DNA of 64,000 bases, taken from Takakia lepidozioides (taxonomy: Eukaryota; Plantae; Bryophyta). The notes below the pieces were generated by a model. It worked only from the letters and a program-made list of their open reading frames with translations. It did not search any database and had not been told where the DNA came from. Location: the NCBI GenBank assembly GCA_030704615.1, contig CM060731.1, positions 61,070,001 through 61,134,000 on the forward strand, given 5' to 3'. The position numbers and the translations under genes are program-made. Below are positions 46,983-59,810 of this stretch, piece by piece. Numbering within the stretch: position 1 is the stretch's first letter; every line of letters begins with the position of its first letter.

Positions 46983-49900
46983 TTTTTAATTTATTTATTT
47001 ATTTATGAACAGGGGAGCCTGATAAATTTTATTAATAAAACTGAGGAAAAAATAACCTCAGGAAAACAACCATAAGGATGATAAAGGAGACAATGCCCCG
47101 TGGCCAAATCTGAGAGAGGCTGCAGGAGACTAAGGATGAGTAGGTCCATAGCAGCAAGACAAGACTACAGAGGCTCATTGATTCTGCGTCCAGAGGATTC
47201 AAACGAGAGGTGGGCTTTGGATTTGCCCTTTCTAGAGGTTCTCTTATGCCTCCAATTCCTATCTGATTCTTCCTGCTCCATAGATAGTTGGGCGCTAGTG
47301 GAGCTGCCAACATGGCGGGATGCTGTCGTTCCAGACAATCGATGAGTCTGATGTCCTTGTGCAGATGATGTTCCCTTTCCCCCAGGCGTTATCAAAGCCA
47401 GTGAAAAGCTGTTGTCTCCTTCGTTGTGCACATCGAGAAGTAGCTGCACAGAGAGCATTCCAGGCCTTTCTCGCTTCAGTCATTAAATCTGAGTGGATCA
47501 TGAAGAAAACCTTCTGAGCACAGGGCTGAGACCCCCCCAACACCAAAGAACATCTGCTTTTCCATACATTCCAGAGCGAGTGCGCTTGAAGACAGGCCCA
47601 TACCGGGCAATTAGACCAGATAGATCCTTCGTGAAGGTTGAGCAAGATTAAGGAAGACTGCAAGGGAATGGACGGGACCCAGGCCAAGTAAAACAATCTA
47701 ATACGGCTCCAGATGAAACCAGCGAAGGGGCATTCAACCAAACAGTGATCCAGTGATTCCGAGAAACCCAGGTTGCACACTTGACATTGGTCAAGAGCAT
47801 CTGGAATGACTTGAAGGACCGGCAAAATTCTGTTTACTAGCTTCCATAGAAATCCCGAGATTTTGGCCTGTCTGTCTTTTCTCCAAACATCCTTCCAGAT
47901 GTGTTGCCAATTAAGGGGGAGAGTGGGTAGATGTCTCCACTTGGCATTCCATTTGGCCACAAAAGTAACCGGAGGTTTTAATAGAGAATAGCCCAGCTTG
48001 ACCCTGTATCCCAGGAAAGGATCATGCTTATTAGACATCCAGTTCCATTATGCCGGGTCCAATTGCAGCAATTGCAAAAGGGCAGTAAGAAACCAGTTGA
48101 AAGATCCGAAATAATGTTGCATATTCAAAGGAGGAATTGGATCACATTTCCTAGAGTCTTTGCAATAAACTCTAATGGCGTACATATCCGATTCTAGCAA
48201 GTGAGACCACACTGGGGAAGTCAGGGTACCATCAGATTGAACATGAAATTGCCAACCAGAGATCTGATTCCCTATTTTGTGGATTGCATAGAGTGCATAC
48301 TTAGAAGCAGTGCCACTGTCCCCCCCCCCCGCCAAACTGGCAGAGCCCTGATGTTGGAAGAAAAAGAACAAAGCGAAATCCACAATTGAGGAATGTTACT
48401 GATAACCTGATCCCAGCATGCAGCCTTCCTAGGTGAAAGATTGCTGGTGGCTGTGGCTCTGGGAAGAATGGACCCTGATTCCCAGATGTGGAGGAAGCTG
48501 ACAATCCCTGTCTTCTCCCAAGAAGCCCATTTTTTAGAGCAGGTAATTAAGAAGTCAGAGTCAGCATTGAGATTTCCAAAAAGAGGCTGCCTCATGGCTT
48601 CTTCCCTTGTCTTAGGGGTGGACTGGAAAAGATTGGGCCTCATTTTAATCCAGGCAACCCAGATGGACTGCCACGCCTTTGAACCGAAGGAGAAGGCACG
48701 GGAGGAACGATTACCCTGGGTTATCCATCTCAAAGACTCTGGCCAGTAAGCCGCTTGAGGCCCCGAGTCCAGAATATGACATCTTATAACAAGGCTCCAC
48801 GGAGATGAAAGATGAGTCAAAACCATAGGCACCCATTTAGCCAATAAAGCAAGGATTTGAGATTGAGGGTCCAGAACCCCCAAGCCCCCGTTTTTTTTCT
48901 TTTGAGAGATCTGGGCCCAGCTCACTAAGCTTCTTCTGTTTGGCATAGCTGGGGTAGCCCCCCATATGAAGTTGCGAGTCATGGATTTAATCTGTGAGAT
49001 AATCTTTGAGCCAGGGGACCAGACAACCGAGGAAAACCATGAGGAGGATTGGATTACCTGGTTAGCCACCAAAGCCCGCCCAGCTATAGACAAATGAATG
49101 GAGCACCAATGGCCCATTTTCTTCTTGATTTTGGCCAGAACCGCCTCGCATCTCTGCAGATCTGTGGGATCATGACCCACTAGGTGCCCCAAGAGATTAT
49201 GGGCTTCTCCATTTTGAAGCCAACGAAGACCCAGATCCTCCCCCCAAGGCGCGATATGCGATGCCCCCGCTTGGATGGAAAGCTTGGAGAGAATAGCTAT
49301 TGTCTTGGACCAATTTATCCGTAACCCTGATGCAAGGCATAACGTCTTTAGAGCCAGAAGGATGACTGAGACGTTCGCTTGCGTAGAGTTGTCAATAAAT
49401 AAGATAATGTCGTCATCGTATAAGGAATTCTTGACAGAGGCAGGAGAGGGTAAAGATCGTGGGATTTTTAACCCTTGCAAGGAGGTATTGGCAGCAAGCA
49501 AGTGACCGAGGGCATCCGCTGTGATGAGAAAGAGGAAGGGGGATAGAGGGCACCCCTGCCTTACTGACCTGTATAATTGAAAGGATTTGGATAGAACTCC
49601 ATTGACTTGAACTTTACTAGAGGCCGAGAAGAGAAGGATTTTTATCCAGGCCACGAAATTCCTGAATGACCCCTAGGAGAAGAGCCCAATCAATATTGTC
49701 GAAGGCCTTTTCAAAATCCAACATTAGCACTGCTAGAGGCTGGTCCGAAAGATGGGCCAAATGAAGAGCTTCAATCGCAGAAGAACATTGTCTAGGATCA
49801 TTCTATTTTGCATAAACCCAGTCTGCTCTGGACGCACCAGCCTAGGCAAAAAGGGCTGAAGCCTCATGGCGAGAGCCTTGGCTATGATCTTGTAAGAAGA

Positions 49901-52540
49901 ATTAAGCAACGTAATGGGCCTGTAGTTGGTAATCAAGTCACGATCCCCTTTTTTGAAAATCAAAGCTATTACCCCATGAGATAGCTGGGAAGGCATAATG
50001 CCCTTGGCCAGCACGTCATTGGCCATAAGAAGGAAATCTTCCGAGACTGTAGACCAGAGGTGTTTGAAGAATTCAACCGAAAGGCCGTCCAATCCTGGGG
50101 ATTTGAGAGAAGCCAGATTTTCTAAGGCCAGCATGAGCTCCATTTCTGAGAAGGGACCATTAAGCTTGGCATTGTCCTGGTGAGTGAGGATTGAGGGGAC
50201 AGAGGCCAGAACTGCACTTCTACTGAGAGGGAGTTCTCAGAGGCTGGAGGACGAGCAAAGAGATTTGAGAAATACTGTGCTGCCACCCCAGCCATTGCCT
50301 TTGGATTAACATGAAGCTCGTTGGATTGATCTCGTAATGAGGTTTCTGGTTGCCACCAGAAAGGGCCTGCCTGATGCACTTCCGAGCTCCGGAGGAACCG
50401 AGCTTCCATATAACGACTTTTGTGCCACCTCTCCTGGCTGCAAGTTGGACACATCAGAGAACCTTAGAAGAGGAAAAACTTGCACGAAAAACAGTTTCTT
50501 ATTGGAATCTGATTGGTGGATCCTTGAGCCAAAATAAACAGCAGAGTCAGATGAAAGATCAAACAGTGGAAGAGAGGAAGCAAATATCTCGCGAATTAGC
50601 TCAAGCTCCATCCCCGGGGTCACTGAGAGAGCATCCTTCTTCGTGATCCATGTTGAGGCAATTTTGTTTACTCCAGAGAGCAGAATGGATGGGGATCCAT
50701 CAGGGAACCCAAAAATGATTTGGGGAGATTTTAATGGCCACCAACTGTCCTCCCAGAAGGTGTGAAGCGTCTTGTAATTCCACGCCCACGAAAGACCTGA
50801 GCTAGAGGCAGAAGGCGGCCAGACTCTGACTTCCACCCGGCGAGGAGATGGGGAACAAAGCTGGAATGTCGTCCGAGAGGATTTGCGCACCCTGTGAGGG
50901 AGAAGACAACAGATAGACCCTTGGGCTTATCGAAGCCGGGGAGAGATCCAGACGAGTTCTCTTTGTCGTTGGAGGCGCCGGGGGAGTCACCTCTGGTCTC
51001 TTGAGTGAATTTCCCACTACGGGGCCCTGGAAGTGCCCACCCTCGCATTATCCAGAGAGGAGACCACATTCGCTTTTGATCTCAGAAGGACCGGGCATTC
51101 TGCCTTGACATGGCCTTCTGCATTACAGTGGAAACATAAGACGTTAATAATCACCTCTTGAACAGATACAGAGACAAACGAATTGTCTAGAGTGGGGAGC
51201 TTTAAAGAATAGACTATAGCTGCTGATTCCGGCATTAACACCACCAGATGAGGCACACCCCCGTCTCTGTGGGCCTCGTAAGATGCCAAGTCGTTGTCGA
51301 TGCTTTGGGCATCTATCTCAACCTACTCAAATACATTCATGACTCCTATGAAGGCGCCAAAGTGCGCCCCAATCTCCGGGAGAGAGCGAAGATAATTCCC
51401 TGGAAGAAAGGGCAAAGCCAACACTCTGGGCTTGCATGTTACCCCTCCTTTATGGCCCCATTCAGGCAACCAAGGGAATATATAAACCCTGCATTTGGAG
51501 AGGGGGACGTTAAAATTCAAGGCTTTCTCCACCTGATCGTGAGAGCTCAACATTAGAGAGAAGAACCCTCTACCCAGGGCCGCACAAAAATGCGAGGTAA
51601 GGCCTCATCCCGCTCCCAGGTTTTCATAAGCCCATTTCCTTTACAAAGGCTCTGTCTCGAACTCTACCAGGGAAGTAGAGAAGAATCCCTTGCTCAGACA
51701 TCATCTGCGATTGTTCTTTTATGATGCCCATGTTCAACTGCAGAATGGGTTGAGATTCATCGACGAGGGCCGCCGCCTCACTCCATTGGGTTGGTGGTCT
51801 AGGCGGGGGAAAATGAGTCCTTGGGCCCACTCCGAGCAGGCCTGGCCCGGGCGCAGGTCTTCTCCCCGGGTGCCTACCCCTTTCCTGTCTCCTGTTATCC
51901 CTCCTAGGGTCAAATCCATGGGCAGCAGCCTAAACATAGGCCATAGATACTTGGGTTCGGAGAGGATGGCACCACAGAAGAAGGAGCAGCAGCACTATTG
52001 GAACCCTTCCAAGCTGCGAAAACGCCGAAACAGCCAGGAGAGCAAAGAGGAGAGAAAAGATAGAGAAGCAATGCAGGTAACGTGCCAGACAGTTACATCC
52101 GAGGGCCCGTCCAGAGACAGTGGCGCGAAACTCCGTCGTAGGCATTAATCTTAGTTGCAGAGACGAATGAATAGCGCCGCAAGTGCATCAAATGTCGAAC
52201 GCTTGAGATGAGAACACCCTGCTGAGCGCGCCTGCATCAAGAGGTGGCAGAGGTAGGAACGAATGGCTAGCGAGAGAAGGAACAGCATTGCTGAGCATGC
52301 AATCATCCGGAAGCAGGCCTAGCCATGGCCTCACTTTTCTATTTTAGGAGGTCGATGAAGAAAGCCCGATGAGACTGTCCAGAAGGCGGAGGGCGACGGA
52401 GAAGTGTAGGAAGAACCTTAGAGGGGATGAAGGGAAGGACCGCAGTCTGAGAGAAGATAGAAGAAGGCCTAGCCTAGAAACGGCTAAGTCCTTGTTCCTC
52501 TCACCGCAAAATGCGGAGCCCAACTTCCTGCATCTCGATC
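46983..52540 (-). mobile_element. L1-clade LINE, TSD-bounded and degenerate (ORF1 with zinc knuckle; ORF2 RT plus zf-RVT; endonuclease apparently deleted)
   Basis: 3' (TAAA)n-poly(A) tail at ~46979-47006. TSD ccctgtttt at 46974-46982 and 52541-52549. ORF1 CFHCNAEGHVKAEC. ORF2 KSPGLDG, YRPITLLN..YKIIAK, RQGCPLSPFLF, LYDDD, GGLGV, CQVC...ESLDHCLVEC, WNVWKSRC. Confidence 0.9.
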
Positions 52541-52579
52541 CCCTGTTTTATTTTTATTAAAAAAAATAAAAATCTGGTA

Positions 52580-53300
52580 TTTTTTTTTTTTTTTTATTTA
52601 GAGAAGAGGGACGGAGGCCTCAAAACTTTATATATAAGGACATGAAGCCCAGAAAATACAGAGGAAAAAACAACCTCTGAACATAGACGCTTCATAACCA
52701 GAAGAGGAACGCACTTTAAGTTCTAGGGTGAAGCCATTGATCTGCAAAACGAGCTGAAGCTCCCAACGTAGGCAGAGAAACGACTGAAGCTCCAAGGTGA
52801 GTTCAAAGCCCAGCTAACAAACTAAAGTCCACAGCGAGGGCAGAGCCCAGATGACAGAAGGGTAACACAAAACGGAGCTGAGGGAGGCAGCCCAAAGCGC
52901 CTGAATCCAGGAAAGAGAACTCAACATACTCGGAGACAGAGCATGCCAATCAGATGCATGAAGGGAGAATCTCTAAGGGAGAAGAACAGCCTGCAAGAAG
53001 ACAAAAAACAGCCGAGGGTAGGGGATACCACAACAGCTCATCTGAGGCATGACTAAGCAAAAGAAAAAGTAATTGAGAAGCCAGTGAGAGGAGGAAAAGA
53101 CCCTGCAGGTCAGACATAGCATGGCGAAGAGCAGGGGCTACTATTCCAAGGCATCAAAAGAGAGAGCCTTGGCTTTTCCTTTTCTAAAAGATTTAAGGTG
53201 TCTCCAGTTGACCTCTGGTTCATCGCCAGCCAAGGGGGAGCGCCTGGAGCTAAGGGAGCTGCCAGTTTGCCGGGATTGAGTCGTTCCATGGTATTCATTT
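52580..53300 (-). mobile_element. Second, 5'-truncated LINE 3' fragment
   Basis: Poly(T) run at 52580-52596 on +, followed by a 3'UTR-like tttatttagagaagaggg..gaggcc..aaaaaacaacctc resembling the end of the adjacent L1. Confidence 0.55.
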
Positions 53301-53670
53301 TTGATCTGCCTCATAAATACCCCCGTGTTCCCCCATCAACTTTGCGGCAAGGTTCATCATAGTGTTCGTTGTCATACATCCTAGCTGCGGCGGCGCTTCT
53401 TCAATGTTGAGTGTCATGGCGACTAATGTGACTTATTCCATCTAACACTGAATCAAGTTTTGCAATCACTTTATTGTTTCATAGACACTCCCAGGTGTTT
53501 CCTTTTCCATAAAAAAAACAATTAAAAAAACAATTTTTAATTTTTGTTATTACAAAAAGACTTCTTTGATTTGAAGTATCTTATAGAGGCTATGGTTTCT
53601 ATTAATTAATAGATTCATGTTTGTTGTTTTGTTTTGGGCCTCTGCAGAGCCCACTACTTACTAATTTAGT

Positions 53671-56600
53671 AAGTAGTAAGTTAGTAGGTAGTAAGGGGGG
53701 GCCTCCCTTATATACCCTCTAAGGGTGGTGGGACCCTTCTGGAGCCCGCCCCTAGACACATGTCAGCCCTACAAGACCCCCTATCTAAATTTGGCCAATT
53801 TAATACATCTCACATTCCTCCCTTCTTTTTTTGGACCCCTTGATCTCATTCCTTAATACACATGGCCTTACTACATAAGCCCCCCACTCTAATTCCTGGG
53901 CCACAATAATTCCTGGACCACTCTAGAATGAACAGGGCCCGAATGAAACTATGACGATGAAACCCTGCAAAGCTTTTATTTATAAACTGACATGAGGTAA
54001 CTGTACAAAGTATGGAAAGTTCCCATAGCAAGGGAAGAGTTAACATAAAGAAATGAAAAAGAAAACATATCAAGCTAATCAAACCAAATGATTATCCCAT
54101 CCAACTGCCTGAATGACATCAGGCAAAGAAATGGGTGTGACATCGGAAGGAGCAGAAAGATGAGACGAGGCCATGTCAGCTACAGTAGCCCAATGCAAGA
54201 TGGACATAACTTGGGCTCTCCGTAGTGCTACGAAAACCCGTTGTTTATAGAGAGCTACGAAGACAGAAGCATGGGGAATGCCATTGATCTTGTTCTTAGC
54301 AGCATGATGAGCACAAATACAAAGAAAGTTGTCGAACTGACGATGAAGACATCCAAAGATCTCCACAGCTAGTGGAATGAACGCATCTGTGGGATGACGC
54401 TTTTGATAGTTTCGTTGCTTGTTCTATGCAGCAATCAAAGCGGCAGTGCCTTGGGAAGAGGCCAAGCGAGAAAGTAAGTAGGATCGAGTGGGATCGGCAA
54501 TGACAACATCTGCAAGAGTGCACAAACCATCTCGAGATAGGACGATGTCGACTCGCCGACGAGTGGACTGAGGCGTACGAGAGGGAAGCATGTGAGTTTG
54601 CTCCCGCAATACATGGAATCCAACCTTTCGAGCAACAGAGGCGACGGCGTCCCACACCACATCATGAGTCGTTGTACAATCTCCTCCACATGGACAACGA
54701 AAGAGATGAACAACAAGTGGATCCATGGGTTGGTAACAAACACAACGTTGTAAGCACAGAAGGATGTGGTAAGCCAAGACGAATGCGGAGAGCCGTGACA
54801 AAGATTGGAGACGACAAACGAAACGGTGTGATAGTGGGTCTTGCTATAAGCCATGCACCCGCCCCTGGTCCCGCGCAAGATAAGAGCTTGGCACGATGCA
54901 CATCAGAAGATGCATCAGAAAGCATGCTAGAAAAGGTTTGTTGGTGCATGCGATCCACGATGGTCTCCTGGAGATGGTCCAAGCCCTGAGTAACCAACTG
55001 CTCAAATGACGGAAGGCAAGCCCGCACTGATGGATGAAGAAGGTCCTGTGCAGATCGGAGATGTTGTTGGAATGAGAGTGGATCATTATCCACGTGAGCA
55101 ATGCTATCCATGAGTAGAGGTCGCTGGTCACATAGAAATCGAGACGCAAGGGCTGGAGCAACCAGAACCCAACTGCTAAGGAAAGCACAAGGAGCAGTGG
55201 TGGCAGTGGAGAGTAGACCCACTCCGCCAGCGGACACAGGTAAGGTGGCTTATTGCCGAGGTAGATCCCCTTGGAAACCAGCCAGAGCACCGGGTCCCAG
55301 TAAACAACCAAAAACCCCCATGATGTGAGCATCAAACTGCGACAGGGACTGCAGGAATTCAGCGGTAGGTGGAAAAGACCGTAAAAGGTAGGATGGTCGT
55401 TGAATGAAACACCTTGTGAGAATACCATAGGCGACCTGTAGATCCCCAAGCCTAGGAAGGAGCTCAGAATGAGAGATGTCCTCTTGAAGTGCGTTTTCCA
55501 GGAAAGTTGGAGTGAATGAGGTGGTGCCAAAATGAACGCCCAAGATCCGGATGTCGTCAGCTGGTGTGAGAAAATGGGCAGGTGGCGAAAAGCTAGATAG
55601 TAAACCGGATGGAGACCACACGACACACTTATGAGGTTGAACGGAGCCCCACAGAATGCAACTGGGTGATGAAATGACTGTAAGCCGGGAGGACCTCGGA
55701 TGCAGGACTAACGATGTGGGTGTCATTTGCAACAAAAGGGAATAGACAAGAAGGACATGCTTGTGCAGACGACGTAAGAGTGCGCACATGCGCCATGGCA
55801 AAAAGAGGACCTCCTAATGGATCACCTTGACGAGTGCCCACCTCCGACTGTATGATAATGTAGACGCATGTGCGAGAATGGTGACTGTAAAAGAGGGGAG
55901 CACCAGACACGTAGAACAGTCTGACAAAAGGGATAAGCTGATGAAAATCACCTCCAGCAGAACAGAGCTCCTGAAAGATGGTAGCGCGTGAAACGGTGGT
56001 GAAGGCGTTGCTGACGTCAACTTTAAGGACAACCCAGTCAGGATGAAGGTCAAGTGTGGCACGGATCCCGTGTCCAACAGCTTCACAGCCTCGACCTGGA
56101 GTGGCAACGCCGAACTGATGTGGAAATAACGGCTAACCAGACGGTAGATGACCTCCCCCACGACAATAGGACGTATGCCAGGACCGGTCTGTTTGGACAT
56201 AACCAAGAGTCATGATGCCCCAAGGAGGCGTGCCACTGAAGCAAGTATGCGACCACTGGCAATATGAGAGCAAACCTGAAAGAGTTGGGAGAAGCCACTA
56301 GCAGAGTCCTGGGGATTGAAGCAGTCACGCAGATGTTCATACAACAAACCAAACGGGCTAGCTGCAAAGAGATGTGGACTGCGTGTAAAAGCCTTGGTGA
56401 AGATGTCACGATCTAGTTGGAGATCTTGATCCGGCTCAAAATCATCGGCAAAAACTGGAAGAATGTGATCAGATGGGGGATGAAGGGCCACCAAAGCGGC
56501 AACAGTGTCTGAAGAAGGTGGTGCAGGAATGAAAGGTGTCAGCGCACGCACTGCACGTGAGTACTCACCGACACGACCCAACAATAAACTGTGTCGAAGC

Positions 56601-57895
56601 CGTTTGTGGGTAGAGAGGGCCGGTTGTGGCAAGATATCCGGAGGGGTTTGTGCAGCAAGAGCGTGTGCACGGAGATAGTGCTCTTCTTGCAGACACTCCC
56701 AATCCCCAGATAGAAAACGGCGGAGACAGATGTGTGTTTCTCTATGACCAGCATCACCGCCGCATGGGGGCAAGACCAAACACCACTGAGCAAAAGAGCA
56801 AAAGAAGATGCCAAGCCAGGATATCAGCAGGATCACGGGCCAGACAGTCCAAAAGCATGCGAAGAGCATGTTGAACCTCTTGTCTTAGCGCCAAGGGGAT
56901 CTGTGTATAGAGGCGAGGCCGAGGCAGTCCCAGATGAAAAACGCCGAGGACAACTAGAGTGGAGAGCCAAACCCATGTAGAGGCAGGAGGAGGAGTGGGT
57001 GACGCATGTATAGCCCGATGGATAGAGACGAACCGTCAGGTGTGCTGATGGCAGGCAAGGCCTCTGATCCGAGCAAATGGTCGTCCACAAGCAGGACAAG
57101 GAATGCGGTCATCAGCTGGAGAAGCTTGATTGGATGTCAATGGCGGCACTGATGGAGTAGGTGGAATCACTGGGGGAGCTGGCAAATTGGATCTCCCAGA
57201 AGAAGAAGGGGGAAGATCATGAACTTTCTGTTGAACGCGGGGTGGAGAGCCAGGCGGGGAGGTGAATAGCATTGGGTGTCCATGCACTTCGGTGGAAGGT
57301 CTATGGAGCACAACGACTCTGGGTTGGTTTTGAGTTCGAGTGTACTAGTCACTGGTGCTGACTGGAGTTGCGATGTTGTTGTCAGGTCGTACATGTGCTG
57401 ATCATTGCAAGAGGCCTAAGGGAGGGGGAGGACTGGCCGCTCCTCAGGTTGTTTGGGGATATCAGAACTTGGGTCATGTGGAAGTGGTGTTGGTGCAGGT
57501 GATGGCGGTGTCGAGGTGGATGATGGTGTTGGGAGACGGGATCCCGACAATTGCCGTGGCGGGGATGCTGGTGGGGATGCTGTGGACGATGGGGCTGGTG
57601 TTGGAGTAGTACGGGGCCTTTGCGCAAGTGTGGGGCCCACCCCTGGACCCTGGTCACTGACGCCTCTACTATGAGGACATTTGCAGCTGCGTGGACCTGT
57701 TGCTCGGCGGCTGCCCGATGCCGTGATTGCCATCCAACTCGCAATCTTCAGAACTCAAAATCTTCACTTTCCGCTCACTGCTCACCCGCCTTCGCTTCCG
57801 CGCTTCCGTGCTCTCCTCTCTCCTCTCTTTTCCCCTACTTTCTTTGATCACTCACTCTATCTCGCTCACTCGTTCACTCACTCTTAGCTAGTTAG
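53671..57895 (-). mobile_element. CRE-clade non-LTR retrotransposon (C2H2 finger, RT, CCHC, restriction-like endonuclease), frameshifted
   Basis: Fragmented ORF 57733-54079: CPACGRPFARIRGLACHQH; GIRPIVVGEVIYRLVS; VDVSNAF..VSR; GTRQGDPLGGPLFA; FVANDTHI; GGVGL; AGAWLIARP; ALRIRLGL; CVC...HLFRC...HD; RRVDIV...ADVVIADP; FIPLAVEIFG. An 11-bp direct repeat actaatttagt sits at 53660-53670 and 57896-57906. Confidence 0.85.
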
Positions 57896-58604
57896 ACTAA
57901 TTTAGTCGTTCCTCATTCTCGGTTCTCTGACTGACTCTAAATCCCACAAGGACAGTGGGACGTCACCCTCTCCCTGAATTCCAAGCATCTGCATGTGTGT
58001 ATGGAGCTCCTTTAAGAAGGTTGACAGGAAGAAAACAATGTGTTGGGTACCTCCTGTTTCGCTTTCATCATCAGTTCTGGAGCCTCCTTACTAACCCACC
58101 GCACTTGTCTTTGTAGCAAAGGAGCGTTGTGGTTTGTTTCTCTTACCACGCAAGGCTGCCACAATGTCCCTTCTCTCTTGTCCTCAACCAGTTCTCTCTC
58201 TCTGTGGGTTTCCCCACTGTGGGTTCCTCTTTCCCACATCAAGTCCAACATAGATACGCCATCGAATCCTTCCCAAACCAAAGACTTTGCTCTCGGATCT
58301 TTGCAATCTCTGTTTCTGTTTTCTCGCAATGTGGATTGTTTGACAATGCCTCGTCGTTTAATAAAATCTGTGGGTCTAAGACCTTCAGTGGAGTTGAGAG
58401 AAGGGCCCGTGAAGGAGGAGATATAATTAGAGTGTATGCGCAGGTGCAAGGCGGCTTTGACAGTGATGGACTGGCGGTGACTGATTTGCGGAACCTACTT
58501 GAAGCCACATGAAAGCTCTACATATTTAGAACAATGCTCTTATTACCTTAAGGTTTGCTTGTGTCTTATCTATTACCAGACCAGTACACACAAGATAAGA
58601 CGGA

Positions 58605-58710
58605 TTTTTATTTTTATTTATTTATCCCAACAGGGGACAGAGGCCCTAAGAATTTATTGAAGGGGCAAACAGTACAAAGAGGAGGAAAAAATAACCTCCC
58701 ATGGGGCCGT
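58605..58710 (-). mobile_element. Short L1 3'-end stub
   Basis: ttttatttatttat..aacagggg..aatttatt..gaggaaaaaataacctc, similar to 46990-47060. Confidence 0.55.
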
Positions 58711-59229
58711 AAAGGCATATCACAAGGGGAGACGGATATATGTACCACTTGTATCATCCAAACATCTACTCATATATTTATACCAGATCAAAAAAAATTC
58801 TCACTTCCTATCATTTATACCTGTCCATAAAATTGTGAAATTAATGTACTACCAGGACCTGCCATGTCTCAAATTTAGCCCATATTTCTACTTCAATACT
58901 AGTTCCATTATCGTATGTCAAAATCTCGATATTGGTACAACACTAGACTGAACCCACAACCACTTTTGAGGTGGTATGTGCCCATTAGCAATTGGCTACA
59001 ACTTGATTGTCATAGCGGGACACATTTAGAGGTCATCGTTGGAGATGATTTTAACAGGTACCTTGAGCCTTCCTTCATTTTTTTTAATTTTAATTTTATT
59101 AACTTTTGGACTCTAGGTGTTATAGAAAACAGCCTAACCATCATGTTTGTATTAATCATAACATTTGTTTTTAAAAAGAAAAACACCTATGGGAGCAATG
59201 GCAGCTCCAGTGACAAATCAAGTTCCTTA

Positions 59230-59810
59230 ATTCTAGCGACGACTGAAGGTCGGAGACTACTGTCCCTGGACAATCGTTTAGGCGATAATTAATTCAAAAT
59301 GAAAGTGCCTAATCAATTCTGTGAATTTTTCAGATTTTGGCCCGATTGTTGGTAAATCATGGGACCAAAGTGCCTAATGCCCAAAAAAAAACTTGCAAGC
59401 CTCTTCTCATGTTGTTTGTAATAAGATCAACATTTCTTTGAACAAAAATCAATACAAATATATTTACCACAACTCAAGAGTACGTTTCACCATGCACCAG
59501 CATACCAATTTGAAAACGAGTATACCCAATGACCAGAAAATAAATGATTTCTCTTCTAAGTTCCCAAGTGCCTAATTCTGAAAAATTATAGGATGAAGAT
59601 GCCTAATTTGAGAAATTGTTTTCAAAACATGCCTAATTTTCTGATTGATTGATTCTAGCAACTGCGGAAGCTAGCTTAGTGTAGAGCAGGTATAAGGTGC
59701 CATAGTGCCACATCATCGTCGCGACGTGTCCACGTGTCGTAGCCACCTGTCATCGCCACGTCATCGCCGTCAAAGTTTTTGGATACTGCCCGAAATGCCC
59801 AAAGACAATG
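59230..59810. repeat. Transposon-terminus-like block related to 62730-62910 (Helitron/Helentron- or MULE-like)
   Basis: Direct similarity gtaga.c.gg.ata.ggtgccata.tgccac.tcat.gtcgc...tttttgga...tgccc. Repeated tgcctaat motifs. ctagcgacgact is inverted relative to agtcgtcgctag at 62735. Confidence 0.55.

Noticed and set aside
58012-58552. Overlapping 127-145 aa ORFs and an exon-like end (aag|gtttgc)
   Set aside because: No recognisable domain, stops in the candidate frames, and no partner exons.
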